This document shows positions 19,601 through 28,025 of a stretch of 64,000 bases of DNA, one piece after another. This DNA comes from a virus. Every line of letters begins with the position of its first letter. Within the stretch, counting starts at the first letter, position 1. Both the position numbers and the translations under genes were made by a program. The DNA is taken from the IMG/VR virus record IMGVR_UViG_3300034418_011473, positions 1 to 64,000 of that record; one strand, given 5' to 3'. The notes beneath the pieces are model-generated. The model worked only from the letters and a program-made list of their open reading frames with translations. It was not told the origin of the DNA and did not search any database.

Positions 19601-21105
19601 CTGATATTGGAAAAGATACTTTAGTTTATAAATGGAACCAGGGATCAGTTAATTTTAAAGGTAATTATAAAAATTTACTCTATTTCCGGAATTCAAATTT
19701 TGACCAAACTACTAATAATTATGAAGTAGTTAATGCTAACTTTGATTATATATTAGGTAGTTTTAATTGGCTAAGTGGTAATAGGAATTTATATACAAGT
19801 TTAGAAAATTGTTCATTTAATGATGTGGGTAATGGAGCTTCTATCCAATCCGGAAAAAGTGTAAAAAACAATATTTACCTTGGTAATAGTTCCTTTTACT
19901 CAAGCCACCCAACTTATGGGGTATCAGATTCAGTAGCATTTAATAATGTTGTTATGGGGGGACCTTCACAATTATATCCCTACTTTTACCCCAATCTTAC
20001 TAGAAACTTAATAATAAGTTATAATATAAGCTTAAATGGGGGAGCTAATGCTTGGTATGCTCAAGGTGCTAACTATGAACAAAACGTTACTTCAAAAATT
20101 ACCTATAAACATAACTATTTAGATTACAGGTATGAGCCTATATGGAATCAGCCTTTTCAATCTTCTTATCCTTCAACAAAAAACAGTGTAATTATAAAAG
20201 ATAATTATACTTCCAGAGGTAATATGGGATATTATACTACAGCTATGTATAACAGGATACAAAATGCCTACCCTAGTAGTATAATTTATAGTAACCTTAA
20301 CATAGAATCTTTTAAAAATTATAGGATATTATCAAATGGAGGAGAAATCCACCCATATTATTTAGATAATGGTCTTACTACACATTATGGAAGAGATTCA
20401 AATGTTTTAAGATATTACCCTAATGATATTACAACAGGTCAACCTTTAATCCGGTTAGGAGGTTATAATTTCCCCTCTTTACTCTATAAAGAATCTGCTA
20501 ATAGGTATGGAATCATTAACACAGTATCTGGAACATCCCCGGGTACACAAAGTATTCCTAATTTATATGTGAGTAGATTTAAAATAGAAAAAGAACAAGA
20601 TATTAACATACAATTAGATTTTGAATACTTTATAACCCTACTTAAACTCTATGATAGGTCTAACGATACTACTAACTTTAATAGGGGGTATGGATATGGT
20701 GGAGACCTTAATTGGACTGGGGTAAAAGTAATATTATACAATGACTCTGGAGCTTTTATTTTAAATAAAGATAATTTGACTAGTTTAGTTAACACACCCT
20801 ATTCATATAATAAAACCTTTACCCTCGAACCAGGTAATTATAGTTTTGGTATACATTATTATACATCTGTAAGGGAAGGCCATAAAATATTTGAACATAG
20901 CCCTATATCATACAATATATTATCTACTGACCCCAATAATTTAGTAGTTTTAGAAAATAATTTTAGTGCTTATAAAATGTTAGAAAGTAGAGCATATGGC
21001 ACCCAACAAATTATAACTAACCCTAATTTAGGCCCCTCAACTGTAGGGCGTGCTGCAAACTCTCTCCCTGTAGGAACCCTTAAAATCAGAAAACTTAGAC
21101 TATGA
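16675..21105 (+). CDS. large beta-rich virion/adhesin protein with an F5/8-type-C (discoidin)-like domain
   Basis: WVGGVVP..ND N-terminus; WDL..EVEFDSL...IEISNDIENWTTV...TARFIRL at about 19040-19340; Asn/Tyr-rich beta-helix-like C-terminal part. Confidence 0.65.
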   Translation: MATIRSVFAPGQTFNVLDPNAWVGGVVPGPNDIAQIGENGDFYTRINMQGSPYNINDAELSHLKPWTGSIAEIRVDDNNVVWNGTYEFPDTNGSFLVYLNRNYSELRCPIKIDYVSKSLANDDFFYTCSVDYSYNNWVHKDRAIANLNPEGFNQETVGIIQDDSYVFPLETKFELTGSDTWHVGQIETLERCHLTIKGNSTLLLDGTTVNPNAIYNNQDSYRNVVRIIENATVELTGSVQRASNLFYFYNRDDYQRIQISGSDTCPHTLLSESVSSGSSTITMVDPTNFGVGSIVSIDSPVQMEYVNSLASQSMNPYGRYFDYSLDSGSSAGPGYYGLTRITSSMENDEVVRVISQSAPNEFLVVKLFGKEGEIIQDFGTFDYNTFVETFNVTPEVFSGNKRAVLVRSLHNNFQKGEILAVSRSLVAECLYADYYLTSSQHIDFTTGDTLEDNLIYSPYVYSGSFVDTTFKAGTYYNEYYRWENNLLYGPRTGSSGEVTSSVYLRTDNDYIYNNNSPQTRAQVMVSGSYFKEGEVTVTFDYNRNLTGSYDTGANLELNIGYSQGAYAAYKGTSRIRGIFQPCKKMFAASNYISVLCNGQVGDGYESNIGTNEVLGENNPSSFEYKISHKKGRTEFYVNGVLVTTQFGESSLAPIMLGLYRYVNLYTIDIKDYHQLVLLDTDEAVNVGDEILEGARLEYDHFEGQRVRTNANSIKDIRGHRNLLYDWWDKKGQTKLMPYQHGYVSNRSNKYDYNNLYSGDRLVGGELIPNNIGPGANSPGDYFDTSITQTIVWDLMTEVEFDSLSFRYYNDYAYDYNQMNELQIEISNDIENWTTVWGPSPDGRYTSRIAQRRYFDFPSGSTTARFIRLSLNGSTRSAGDSIFDLGIYHFNGQGNTFELYDASMFTVGDQIVFANLKDGGFRGQQEQQYDWLSWQLVPGVTSGTTTNDDVCGGLELKYTITAINGNIITVDRRIANTDIGKDTLVYKWNQGSVNFKGNYKNLLYFRNSNFDQTTNNYEVVNANFDYILGSFNWLSGNRNLYTSLENCSFNDVGNGASIQSGKSVKNNIYLGNSSFYSSHPTYGVSDSVAFNNVVMGGPSQLYPYFYPNLTRNLIISYNISLNGGANAWYAQGANYEQNVTSKITYKHNYLDYRYEPIWNQPFQSSYPSTKNSVIIKDNYTSRGNMGYYTTAMYNRIQNAYPSSIIYSNLNIESFKNYRILSNGGEIHPYYLDNGLTTHYGRDSNVLRYYPNDITTGQPLIRLGGYNFPSLLYKESANRYGIINTVSGTSPGTQSIPNLYVSRFKIEKEQDINIQLDFEYFITLLKLYDRSNDTTNFNRGYGYGGDLNWTGVKVILYNDSGAFILNKDNLTSLVNTPYSYNKTFTLEPGNYSFGIHYYTSVREGHKIFEHSPISYNILSTDPNNLVVLENNFSAYKMLESRAYGTQQIITNPNLGPSTVGRAANSLPVGTLKIRKLRL

Positions 21106-21410
21106 AATTTCAAATATTAAATAACGAAGAATTAGGATTTTTTGATGATAATGGTAATAAAACCGCTACTATTAGTGTATCGGGTTCTAATCTTATATTA
21201 AATCCTAGTGGAAGTGGTGATATTCTTTTAGGTAATGATTCTACTGTTAATGATGTTGAAATGGGTATTCCTTCTACCCCTTCTAATTTTACATATTTAG
21301 GGGGTCTCCCCACCTCAGATCCTGGAGTGTATGGTCGTTTATTTCAAACATCAAGTGAAGCAATAGGGGCATCAGCAGGTTTTCAAGTAGTTTTAATATC
21401 ACAAGGATAA
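21102..21410 (+). CDS. small fibre-related hypothetical protein
   Basis: ATGA overlap; LPTSDP motif seen in virion fibre proteins. Confidence 0.5.
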   Translation: MKFQILNNEELGFFDDNGNKTATISVSGSNLILNPSGSGDILLGNDSTVNDVEMGIPSTPSNFTYLGGLPTSDPGVYGRLFQTSSEAIGASAGFQVVLISQG

Positions 21411-21421
21411 TTTCCTTTGTA

Positions 21422-21429
21422 ATATTTAT
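21422..21429 (+). promoter_or_regulatory. ATATTTAT motif
   Basis: 11 nt before ATG 21441. Confidence 0.6.
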
Positions 21430-21440
21430 AACAAAACAAC

Positions 21441-22592
21441 ATGGCAAACACCCCAATTTGGCCCGGCTCTAGTTCATTTTCCCCCGGAAATACTCCGTTT
21501 GGGTTTTACGATAATGATGCTGAATTCCAAACAGATGCAGATAAAGTATCAGTATTTTGTTCCCGTCGTTTAGGGTATCCCTTAACTGATGTTGAACTAC
21601 AAGATATTAGTTTTTATGCTGCATTTGAGGAAGCAGTAACCACGTATGGTAATGAAGTATATGCTTTTAAAGCAAGTGAAAACTATCTTTCACTAGAGGG
21701 GTCACCAACTGGATCTACTATTAATTATAAACTTCAAAGACCAAATTTAGGAGCAATTGTTCGTTTATCTGAACAATACGGTGAAGAAGCAGGTGTTGGA
21801 GGAAGTGTTAATTGGACTCAAGGAAGCATTGCTTTAACTTCAAGTGTTCAAACTTACGATATGAATGCTTGGGCTACCTCACAAGGTATAGAACAAGGCG
21901 ATTTAGAAATTAAAGAAATATTCTACCAGGCACCCCCTTCAGTAGTTAGATATTTTGATCCTTATGCAGGTACTGGTACTGACGTACAGGGTTTATTAGA
22001 TGCTTTTGGGTTTGGTAATTATACTCCTGGTATTAATTTTTTATTAATGCCTATTAATTATGATTTATCTAAAATTCAAGCAATTGATTTTAATGATACT
22101 ATTAGAAAATCAAACTACAGTTTTGAATTAATAAATAATCAATTAAGAATATTCCCTATTCCAAATAGAAGTGGAAATTTATATTTTAAATATATTTTAA
22201 AATCTGATAGAAATAGAGCAACAGTAAGTGGAAGTTTAGGAGAAGGTGTTGTAACAGATGTTTCAACTGTACCTTATGCTAACCCAACTTACTCATACAT
22301 TAATTCAATCGGCAGGCAATGGATTTTTGAATACACATTAGCATTGTGTAAAGAAATGTTAGGTTACATTAGAGGCAAATATAGTACAGTACCAATTCCT
22401 GGTAGTGAAGTAACACTTAACCAATCAGACTTAATTTCAGCAGCAACCTCTGAAAAAACAGCATTAATTGAAAGGTTAAGATCTTACTTAGATGAAACCT
22501 CACGCAATAAGTTATTAGAAAAGAAAGCAGCAAATTCTGAATTTATACAAAAAGACTTAAGCGCAGTACCCTACACTATCTTTATTGGCTAA
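21441..22592 (+). CDS. neck protein (T4 gp13-like)
   Basis: RRLGYP..DVEL N-terminus and WIFEYTLALCKEMLG.IRGKY..VPIPG..VTLN C-terminus. Confidence 0.8.
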   Translation: MANTPIWPGSSSFSPGNTPFGFYDNDAEFQTDADKVSVFCSRRLGYPLTDVELQDISFYAAFEEAVTTYGNEVYAFKASENYLSLEGSPTGSTINYKLQRPNLGAIVRLSEQYGEEAGVGGSVNWTQGSIALTSSVQTYDMNAWATSQGIEQGDLEIKEIFYQAPPSVVRYFDPYAGTGTDVQGLLDAFGFGNYTPGINFLLMPINYDLSKIQAIDFNDTIRKSNYSFELINNQLRIFPIPNRSGNLYFKYILKSDRNRATVSGSLGEGVVTDVSTVPYANPTYSYINSIGRQWIFEYTLALCKEMLGYIRGKYSTVPIPGSEVTLNQSDLISAATSEKTALIERLRSYLDETSRNKLLEKKAANSEFIQKDLSAVPYTIFIG

Positions 22593-23101
22593 TGGCATTA
22601 TTTGGAAGACAACGTGATATAAATTTATTTACAACAATTAATAGAGAATTGTTGGGGGATGTTATCACTCAAGAATGTGCCTTTTACAAATATATTTTAG
22701 AAAAAACTACAATAAACATATACGGCGAAGCTGCTGATGGAGCTTATTACGATGGTCCTACCTTATTTAATTGTTTAATTGAAAGAAGCGACCAAGAATT
22801 CCCTGAAAGCGATATGGGTGTTGACTTTAAGTGGGGAATTGATTTTAAATTCCTAAGGGAAGATCTAATCGACGCTAATGTTGTACCCCAAGTAGGTGAC
22901 ATAATTTTATATTATGGAGGATACTACGAAGTAAACACAACTAATGCTAATCAGTATATTTTAGGTAAAAACCCAGATTACCCATATAACGAAAACCCAT
23001 TAAATCCAGGATTAGAACAATTTGGTTCAAATTATTCTATTATTTGTAAAACTAATTACGTTCCTGGTGATAAACCTGGTATAACTAAAGAAAGATTATA
23101 A
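22592..23101 (+). CDS. head completion/neck protein (gp14-like)
   Basis: Synteny; NIYGE and PQVGDII motifs. Confidence 0.6.
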   Translation: MALFGRQRDINLFTTINRELLGDVITQECAFYKYILEKTTINIYGEAADGAYYDGPTLFNCLIERSDQEFPESDMGVDFKWGIDFKFLREDLIDANVVPQVGDIILYYGGYYEVNTTNANQYILGKNPDYPYNENPLNPGLEQFGSNYSIICKTNYVPGDKPGITKERL

Positions 23102-24021
23102 TGGCGACACAAGGAAGAACCCCAATACCAAAATCACAAGCTGAGATAGCAAATGGATTTATTGAACCATTTGATACTCAAAGGGGGAATCCTAACCAAA
23201 GTCGTGATTTAAATAGAGGTAATAAAAATTCATTTAGAGACGATACAACTAAACCTTTTTCTATAGGAATTAAGGATATAGACGAATCTATTGTTTATTA
23301 CTTTAAAAATGTTATTAGACCTTTTGTAATCCAAAATGGGCAACGTATTGAAGTACCTGTAATGTATGGTGCTCCCGAAAGATGGAAATCAGTACAACGT
23401 GATGGTTTTATGCGTGATCAAAAGGGTGCTATAATGGCTCCTATGATTATGTTTAAGCGTAACACTATTGCCCCTATAAAAGGTCAATACAACAAATTAG
23501 ATGCTAATCGTCCTGCAAATGTTGCTTACACACAAACCTCATATAATAAGCAAAACGCATACGATAAATTTAATATTTTAAATAATAGAAAACCTATTAA
23601 AGAATACCATACTGTAGTAGTACCCGATTATGTTACTATGACTTATAGTTGTGTAGTTTATACTTATTTTGTAGAACAACTTAATAAAATAGTAGAATCT
23701 ATTAACTATGCCGCTAATTCGTATTGGGGTAATCCTGAACGATTTAAATTCAAAGCAGATATTGATTCTTTTACTACTGTTACTGAATTAAGTGCAGGCA
23801 CAGAGCGAACTGTTAGAGCTAATTTTGATTTAAATTTAAAGGGTTATATCATCCCCGACATTCCTCAAAAGGATTTAACAGTAGATAAAAAACGATTTAG
23901 TAAAGGCCAAGTTGTTATACAACAAGAAACTATAGCTAATCTAAATGATTTAAATCAATCTCAAATAAATCAACCTATCGATACAAGAAATCCCCAAAAT
24001 ACAGACACTAATATTTTTTGA
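23101..24021 (+). CDS. tail terminator/sheath stabiliser (gp15-like)
   Basis: IEVPVMYGAPERW motif; position before the sheath. Confidence 0.6.
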   Translation: MATQGRTPIPKSQAEIANGFIEPFDTQRGNPNQSRDLNRGNKNSFRDDTTKPFSIGIKDIDESIVYYFKNVIRPFVIQNGQRIEVPVMYGAPERWKSVQRDGFMRDQKGAIMAPMIMFKRNTIAPIKGQYNKLDANRPANVAYTQTSYNKQNAYDKFNILNNRKPIKEYHTVVVPDYVTMTYSCVVYTYFVEQLNKIVESINYAANSYWGNPERFKFKADIDSFTTVTELSAGTERTVRANFDLNLKGYIIPDIPQKDLTVDKKRFSKGQVVIQQETIANLNDLNQSQINQPIDTRNPQNTDTNIF

Positions 24022-24032
24022 GGGAAATTCTG

Positions 24033-24074
24033 ATATTTATCAACAAATGGTTTTAAAAAAAATTTAATATTTAT
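24033..24074 (+). promoter_or_regulatory. tandem ATATTTAT motifs (24033-24040, 24067-24074)
   Basis: Two copies in the intergenic gap ahead of the sheath unit. Confidence 0.6.
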
Positions 24075-24079
24075 AAAAA

Positions 24080-24334
24080 ATGAGTGAACAAATTAAGTTA
24101 TCCCAAGAAGAACTTGACACTATCAAGCAGTTACAACAAAAGCAACAGGATTTAATTAACCGATTCGGTCAATTAGAATACCAAATGCAGTTATTAGAGT
24201 TGCAAAAAGATCAATTAGTGGAAACTATTGGTAAGTTACAACAAAACGAACAAAAAACTGGAGAAGCATTAACACAAAAATATGGAAACGGAACCGTTGA
24301 TTTAGAATCGGGAATGTTTACAAAAACTGAATAA
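24080..24334 (+). CDS. small coiled-coil protein
   Basis: Gln/Leu heptads, KYGNGTVDLESG tail. Confidence 0.7.
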   Translation: MSEQIKLSQEELDTIKQLQQKQQDLINRFGQLEYQMQLLELQKDQLVETIGKLQQNEQKTGEALTQKYGNGTVDLESGMFTKTE

Positions 24335-24354
24335 AAAATTAACAAAACAATAAA

Positions 24355-26373
24355 ATGGCAGAACAAATAGTATCACCTGGAGTATTTACAAGAGAAAACG
24401 ACCAGTCATTTATTACACAGCAGCCTGTAGAAGTAGGGGCTGCTATCATAGGCCCTGCAGTTAAAGGTCCTGTTGAAATTCCTACTGTAGTTACTTCTTA
24501 CAGTGAATTTAAAAATAAATTTGGCTCTACTTTTGTAAGCGGAGGTCAAACCTACTCATTCTTAACTTCAATCTCAGCTTATAATTACTTCCAAAATGGA
24601 GGTAATACTTTGTTAGTAACAAGAGTTGCTTCTGGTAGCTGGACTCCTGCTTCAAGTAGTGGAATTTATAATGATGCCGGTGGTACATTAATAACAACTG
24701 CTGATGCTCTTTTAGGATCCATTTCTACACAACCTTCAGCATCAGCGGGAACATACACAGATGTTGAATCTGATTCAGTAGTAGGAACTGGAACTGATGT
24801 TACTGCCTCTATTATTTTAGATACTGATACTAATGTTTCTACTATAACCATTACGGGTCAAACTGGAACTTTTTCTATAGGAGATGTTATCACATTTCAT
24901 TCAAGTTCTTTAGGAGCTACAGATGGTGATGGAACTGATTTAGTAATTACTGTAGTAGCAGATGATATTGTTGCTTCTAATTCAAATACTCCTTTTGTAT
25001 TAAAAACAATTTCAGAAGGTACTATTATGAATAGTGAAGGTCCTGAAAATGCAGATGGTTCTTTAGATTCAGGTTCAGTAGATAATGTTAGATGGGAAAT
25101 TACTAACTCTAACACAGGATCTGGTACATTTACTATAAACATTAGAAGAGGTAATGACGTTACTAATGAAAAAGTAATTTTAGAAACATTTGCTAACGTC
25201 TCTATGGATCCTGAAGCTGATAATTACGTAGCAAAGGTAATAGGTGATACCTACCAATCAGTAGATACAACAGATGTTAATAACCCATACGTTAAAGTAA
25301 ATGGTGAGTATCCAAATGCTAGCCGTTACGTTTACGTTTCAGCAGTAAATACTCCAACCCCAAATTATTTTGATAATAGTGGAAATGCTAGATCAGAATA
25401 TACTTCATCTATTCCTGTAGTGCATGATGGAGCTTTTGCAGGGGGTACTGGTGATATTTTAACAGGAGCTGGTAAGTATTTTAACAATATTGATAATACT
25501 GATACTCAAGGGTTAGTAGCAGATAATTACTCACAAGCTATTAACTTATTAAAGAGTAAAGATGATTACCAATACAATGTAATTACTACTCCTGGTTTAA
25601 TCCATAGCTTAAGTAGCCACACATCTGTTTTAAATACTTTAATTGCAAATACTCAAGAAAGAGGAGATGCACTTGTAGTATTGGATATTGAAGATTATGG
25701 AGCTACAATTTTACAAGCCTCTAACGCAGCAGGAAATCTCAACTCAAGCTATGCAGCTACTTACTGGCCTTGGGTTCAAGTACAAAACCCAGATACTGGC
25801 AAATTAAATTGGATCCCAGCATCAACATTAATCCCAGGTGTATATGCCTTTAATGATAATGCTTCTGAGCCATGGTTTGCCCCTGCAGGTATTAACAGAG
25901 GTGGATTAAGCACAGTAGTAAGACCAGAGAGAAAATTAACAAGAGCTAACAGAGATACTTTGTATGAAGCTAATGTAAATCCAATTGCTAACTTCCCTGC
26001 AAACGGAACTGTAGTATTTGGTCAAAAGACATTACAAAAGAAAGCATCTGCACTTGATCGTGTAAATGTTAGAAGATTGTTGATTGCTCTTAAGAGCCAC
26101 ATTGGTCAAGTTGCTAATAACTTAGTGTTTGAACAAAACACAGCAGCTACTAGAAACAGCTTCTTAGCTCAAGTAAACCCATACATGGAAAGCGTACAAC
26201 AAAGACAAGGTGTTTATGCGTTTAAAGTGGTAATGGACGACTCAAACAACACACCAGATGTAATCGATAGAAATCAATTGGTAGGTCAGATATTCTTACA
26301 ACCAACAAGAACAGCTGAATTTATTATCTTAGATTTCAACGTGTTACCAACTGGAGCTGAATTCCCAGCATAA
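24355..26373 (+). CDS. gp18: tail sheath protein (T4 gp18-like)
   Basis: SPGVFTREND, PWFAPAGINRG, FGQKTL, ALDRVNVRRLL. Confidence 0.95.
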   Translation: MAEQIVSPGVFTRENDQSFITQQPVEVGAAIIGPAVKGPVEIPTVVTSYSEFKNKFGSTFVSGGQTYSFLTSISAYNYFQNGGNTLLVTRVASGSWTPASSSGIYNDAGGTLITTADALLGSISTQPSASAGTYTDVESDSVVGTGTDVTASIILDTDTNVSTITITGQTGTFSIGDVITFHSSSLGATDGDGTDLVITVVADDIVASNSNTPFVLKTISEGTIMNSEGPENADGSLDSGSVDNVRWEITNSNTGSGTFTINIRRGNDVTNEKVILETFANVSMDPEADNYVAKVIGDTYQSVDTTDVNNPYVKVNGEYPNASRYVYVSAVNTPTPNYFDNSGNARSEYTSSIPVVHDGAFAGGTGDILTGAGKYFNNIDNTDTQGLVADNYSQAINLLKSKDDYQYNVITTPGLIHSLSSHTSVLNTLIANTQERGDALVVLDIEDYGATILQASNAAGNLNSSYAATYWPWVQVQNPDTGKLNWIPASTLIPGVYAFNDNASEPWFAPAGINRGGLSTVVRPERKLTRANRDTLYEANVNPIANFPANGTVVFGQKTLQKKASALDRVNVRRLLIALKSHIGQVANNLVFEQNTAATRNSFLAQVNPYMESVQQRQGVYAFKVVMDDSNNTPDVIDRNQLVGQIFLQPTRTAEFIILDFNVLPTGAEFPA

Positions 26374-26391
26374 TAAAAATTAGAGATAGTA

Positions 26392-26399
26392 ATATTTAT
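26392..26399 (+). promoter_or_regulatory. ATATTTAT motif
   Basis: 17 nt before the tube gene ATG. Confidence 0.6.
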
Positions 26400-26416
26400 A
26401 ATAAACGCAAAATAAA

Positions 26417-26902
26417 ATGGCAGTATTAGATCCAAACGAAATATTTTTCACCCCATTTGAACCAAAACAACAGAATAGATTTGTTTTGTATGTAGATGGA
26501 TTCCCCGCTTACCTTATTAAGGGAATGGGTGCAGTAACAGTATCACAAGGAACTGTAAACTTGAACCACATTAATATTCAAAGAAATATTAAAGGCAAAA
26601 CTACTTGGGGCACTATATCAATGACATTATTTGATGCTATCACTCCTTCAGGTGCTCAAGCAGTAATGGAATGGGTAAGATTACACCACGAATCAGTAAC
26701 GGGTAGAGATGGTTACTCAGATTTCTACAAGAAAGACTTAACAGTGAATGTTTTGGGTCCTGTAGGTGATGTAGTTTCTGAGTGGATTATCAAAGGTGCA
26801 TTTATTACTGAAGCAGGATTTGGTGAATACAATTACGATAATGAGGGTGCTGTTGAAATTTCAATGACAGTACAACCTGATTATTGTGTATTGAACTTCT
26901 AA
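26417..26902 (+). CDS. gp19: tail tube protein (gp19-like)
   Basis: Follows the sheath; EPKQQNRF, W..I.MT..D, EWIIKGAF. Confidence 0.88.
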   Translation: MAVLDPNEIFFTPFEPKQQNRFVLYVDGFPAYLIKGMGAVTVSQGTVNLNHINIQRNIKGKTTWGTISMTLFDAITPSGAQAVMEWVRLHHESVTGRDGYSDFYKKDLTVNVLGPVGDVVSEWIIKGAFITEAGFGEYNYDNEGAVEISMTVQPDYCVLNF

Positions 26903-26925
26903 TACAAGCTAAATATTATAAAAGA

Positions 26926-26958
26926 AAGGCGTACTTCGGTACGCCTTCCTTATTTTTT
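26926..26958 (+). terminator. intrinsic terminator with cUUCGg tetraloop
   Basis: AAGGCGTAC-TTCG-GTACGCCTT followed by a T-rich tract. Confidence 0.85.
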
Positions 26959-26960
26959 AG

Positions 26961-26968
26961 ATATTTAT
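26961..26968 (+). promoter_or_regulatory. ATATTTAT motif
   Basis: After the terminator, 25 nt before ATG 26994. Confidence 0.6.
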
Positions 26969-26993
26969 ATTAAACAAATAAAGTTATTTTTAA

Positions 26994-27716
26994 ATGAGTG
27001 AATTTACATTACCTACCGAAATGGTAGAATTACCTTCAAAAGGTTTAGTTTATCCTGAAGGTCATCCTTTAAGAGAAGGAAAAGTTGAAATTAAGTATAT
27101 GACCGCTAAAGAGGAAGATATACTTACAAACCAATCTTACATAGAACGAGGCATAGTATTAGATGAATTACTTAAATCTGTAGTAGTTAGTAAAATTAAT
27201 ATTAAGGATTTAATTATAGGAGACAAAAATGCTGTATTAATTGCTACTCGTATTTTGGGATATGGTAAAGATTACTCATTCTCATACATGGGGGAATCCT
27301 ATGATGTAGACCTATCTACTTTAGAAAACAAAGAAATAGATGAATCTACCCTTTCAGAAGGTAACAATTTTTCTTATACCTTACCTCATAGCGGTATAGA
27401 TATTACTTTTAAGATTTTAAATGGACACGATGAAACTAAAATCGAAAAAGAAGTACAAGGTTTAAAAAAGATAAACAAATCAGCTTCCCCAGAATTATCA
27501 ACAAGATTAAAATATATTATTACTTCTGTAAATGGTGATACTGAAACTAAAACAGTTCGTAATTTTGTAGATAATGGTTTATTAGCTAGGGATTCCCGTG
27601 CTTTAAGAAATCATATTAAAGAAGTCCAACCAGATGTAGATTTAACCTATATCACAACTGGTAATGAGGAGATTACCATCCCTATAGGGATTAGCTTTTT
27701 TTGGCCTGACTTCTGA
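26994..27716 (+). CDS. tail/baseplate-hub assembly chaperone (gp26-like; G-equivalent)
   Basis: VELPSKG..Y and MTAKEEDIL motifs; lies between tube and tape measure. Confidence 0.75.
   Translation: MSEFTLPTEMVELPSKGLVYPEGHPLREGKVEIKYMTAKEEDILTNQSYIERGIVLDELLKSVVVSKINIKDLIIGDKNAVLIATRILGYGKDYSFSYMGESYDVDLSTLENKEIDESTLSEGNNFSYTLPHSGIDITFKILNGHDETKIEKEVQGLKKINKSASPELSTRLKYIITSVNGDTETKTVRNFVDNGLLARDSRALRNHIKEVQPDVDLTYITTGNEEITIPIGISFFWPDF
27693..27705 (+). other. candidate programmed frameshift site (AGC TTT TTT TGG C)
   Basis: T7 run; the +1 frame is open from 27688 through the downstream ORF to 27996. Confidence 0.6.
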
Positions 27717-27741
27717 TATAGTTCCTCAAGTAAGACGTAAT

Positions 27742-27996
27742 ATGTTCAAACAGATCCATGAAATAGTATTTCATGGTAAGGGGGGATATTCTTGGAATGA
27801 TGTATATAATATGCCTATTTGGTTAAGGCGATTTACTTTTAAAGAAATTCAAGAATTTTATGAAAAAGAAAAAGCTGAATATGATAAAGCTAACAAAAAA
27901 GGAACCAGTACACTAATCGATTCATCAGGAAAGGTAAATAAACCTCAATTTGCTGATGCTTCTCCTAAAAGATCTTCATTTAGAACTAAGCCATAA
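27742..27996 (+). CDS. tail assembly chaperone C-terminal part (gp51/T-like), possibly made as a frameshift fusion
   Basis: YSWNDVYNMPIWLRRF motif; directly before the tape measure. Confidence 0.7.
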   Translation: MFKQIHEIVFHGKGGYSWNDVYNMPIWLRRFTFKEIQEFYEKEKAEYDKANKKGTSTLIDSSGKVNKPQFADASPKRSSFRTKP

Positions 27997-28013
27997 TAAA
28001 ATTAAATTTTTGA

Positions 28014-28021
28014 ATATTTAT
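28014..28021 (+). promoter_or_regulatory. ATATTTAT motif
   Basis: 4 nt before the tape measure ATG. Confidence 0.55.
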
Positions 28022-28025
28022 TAAC

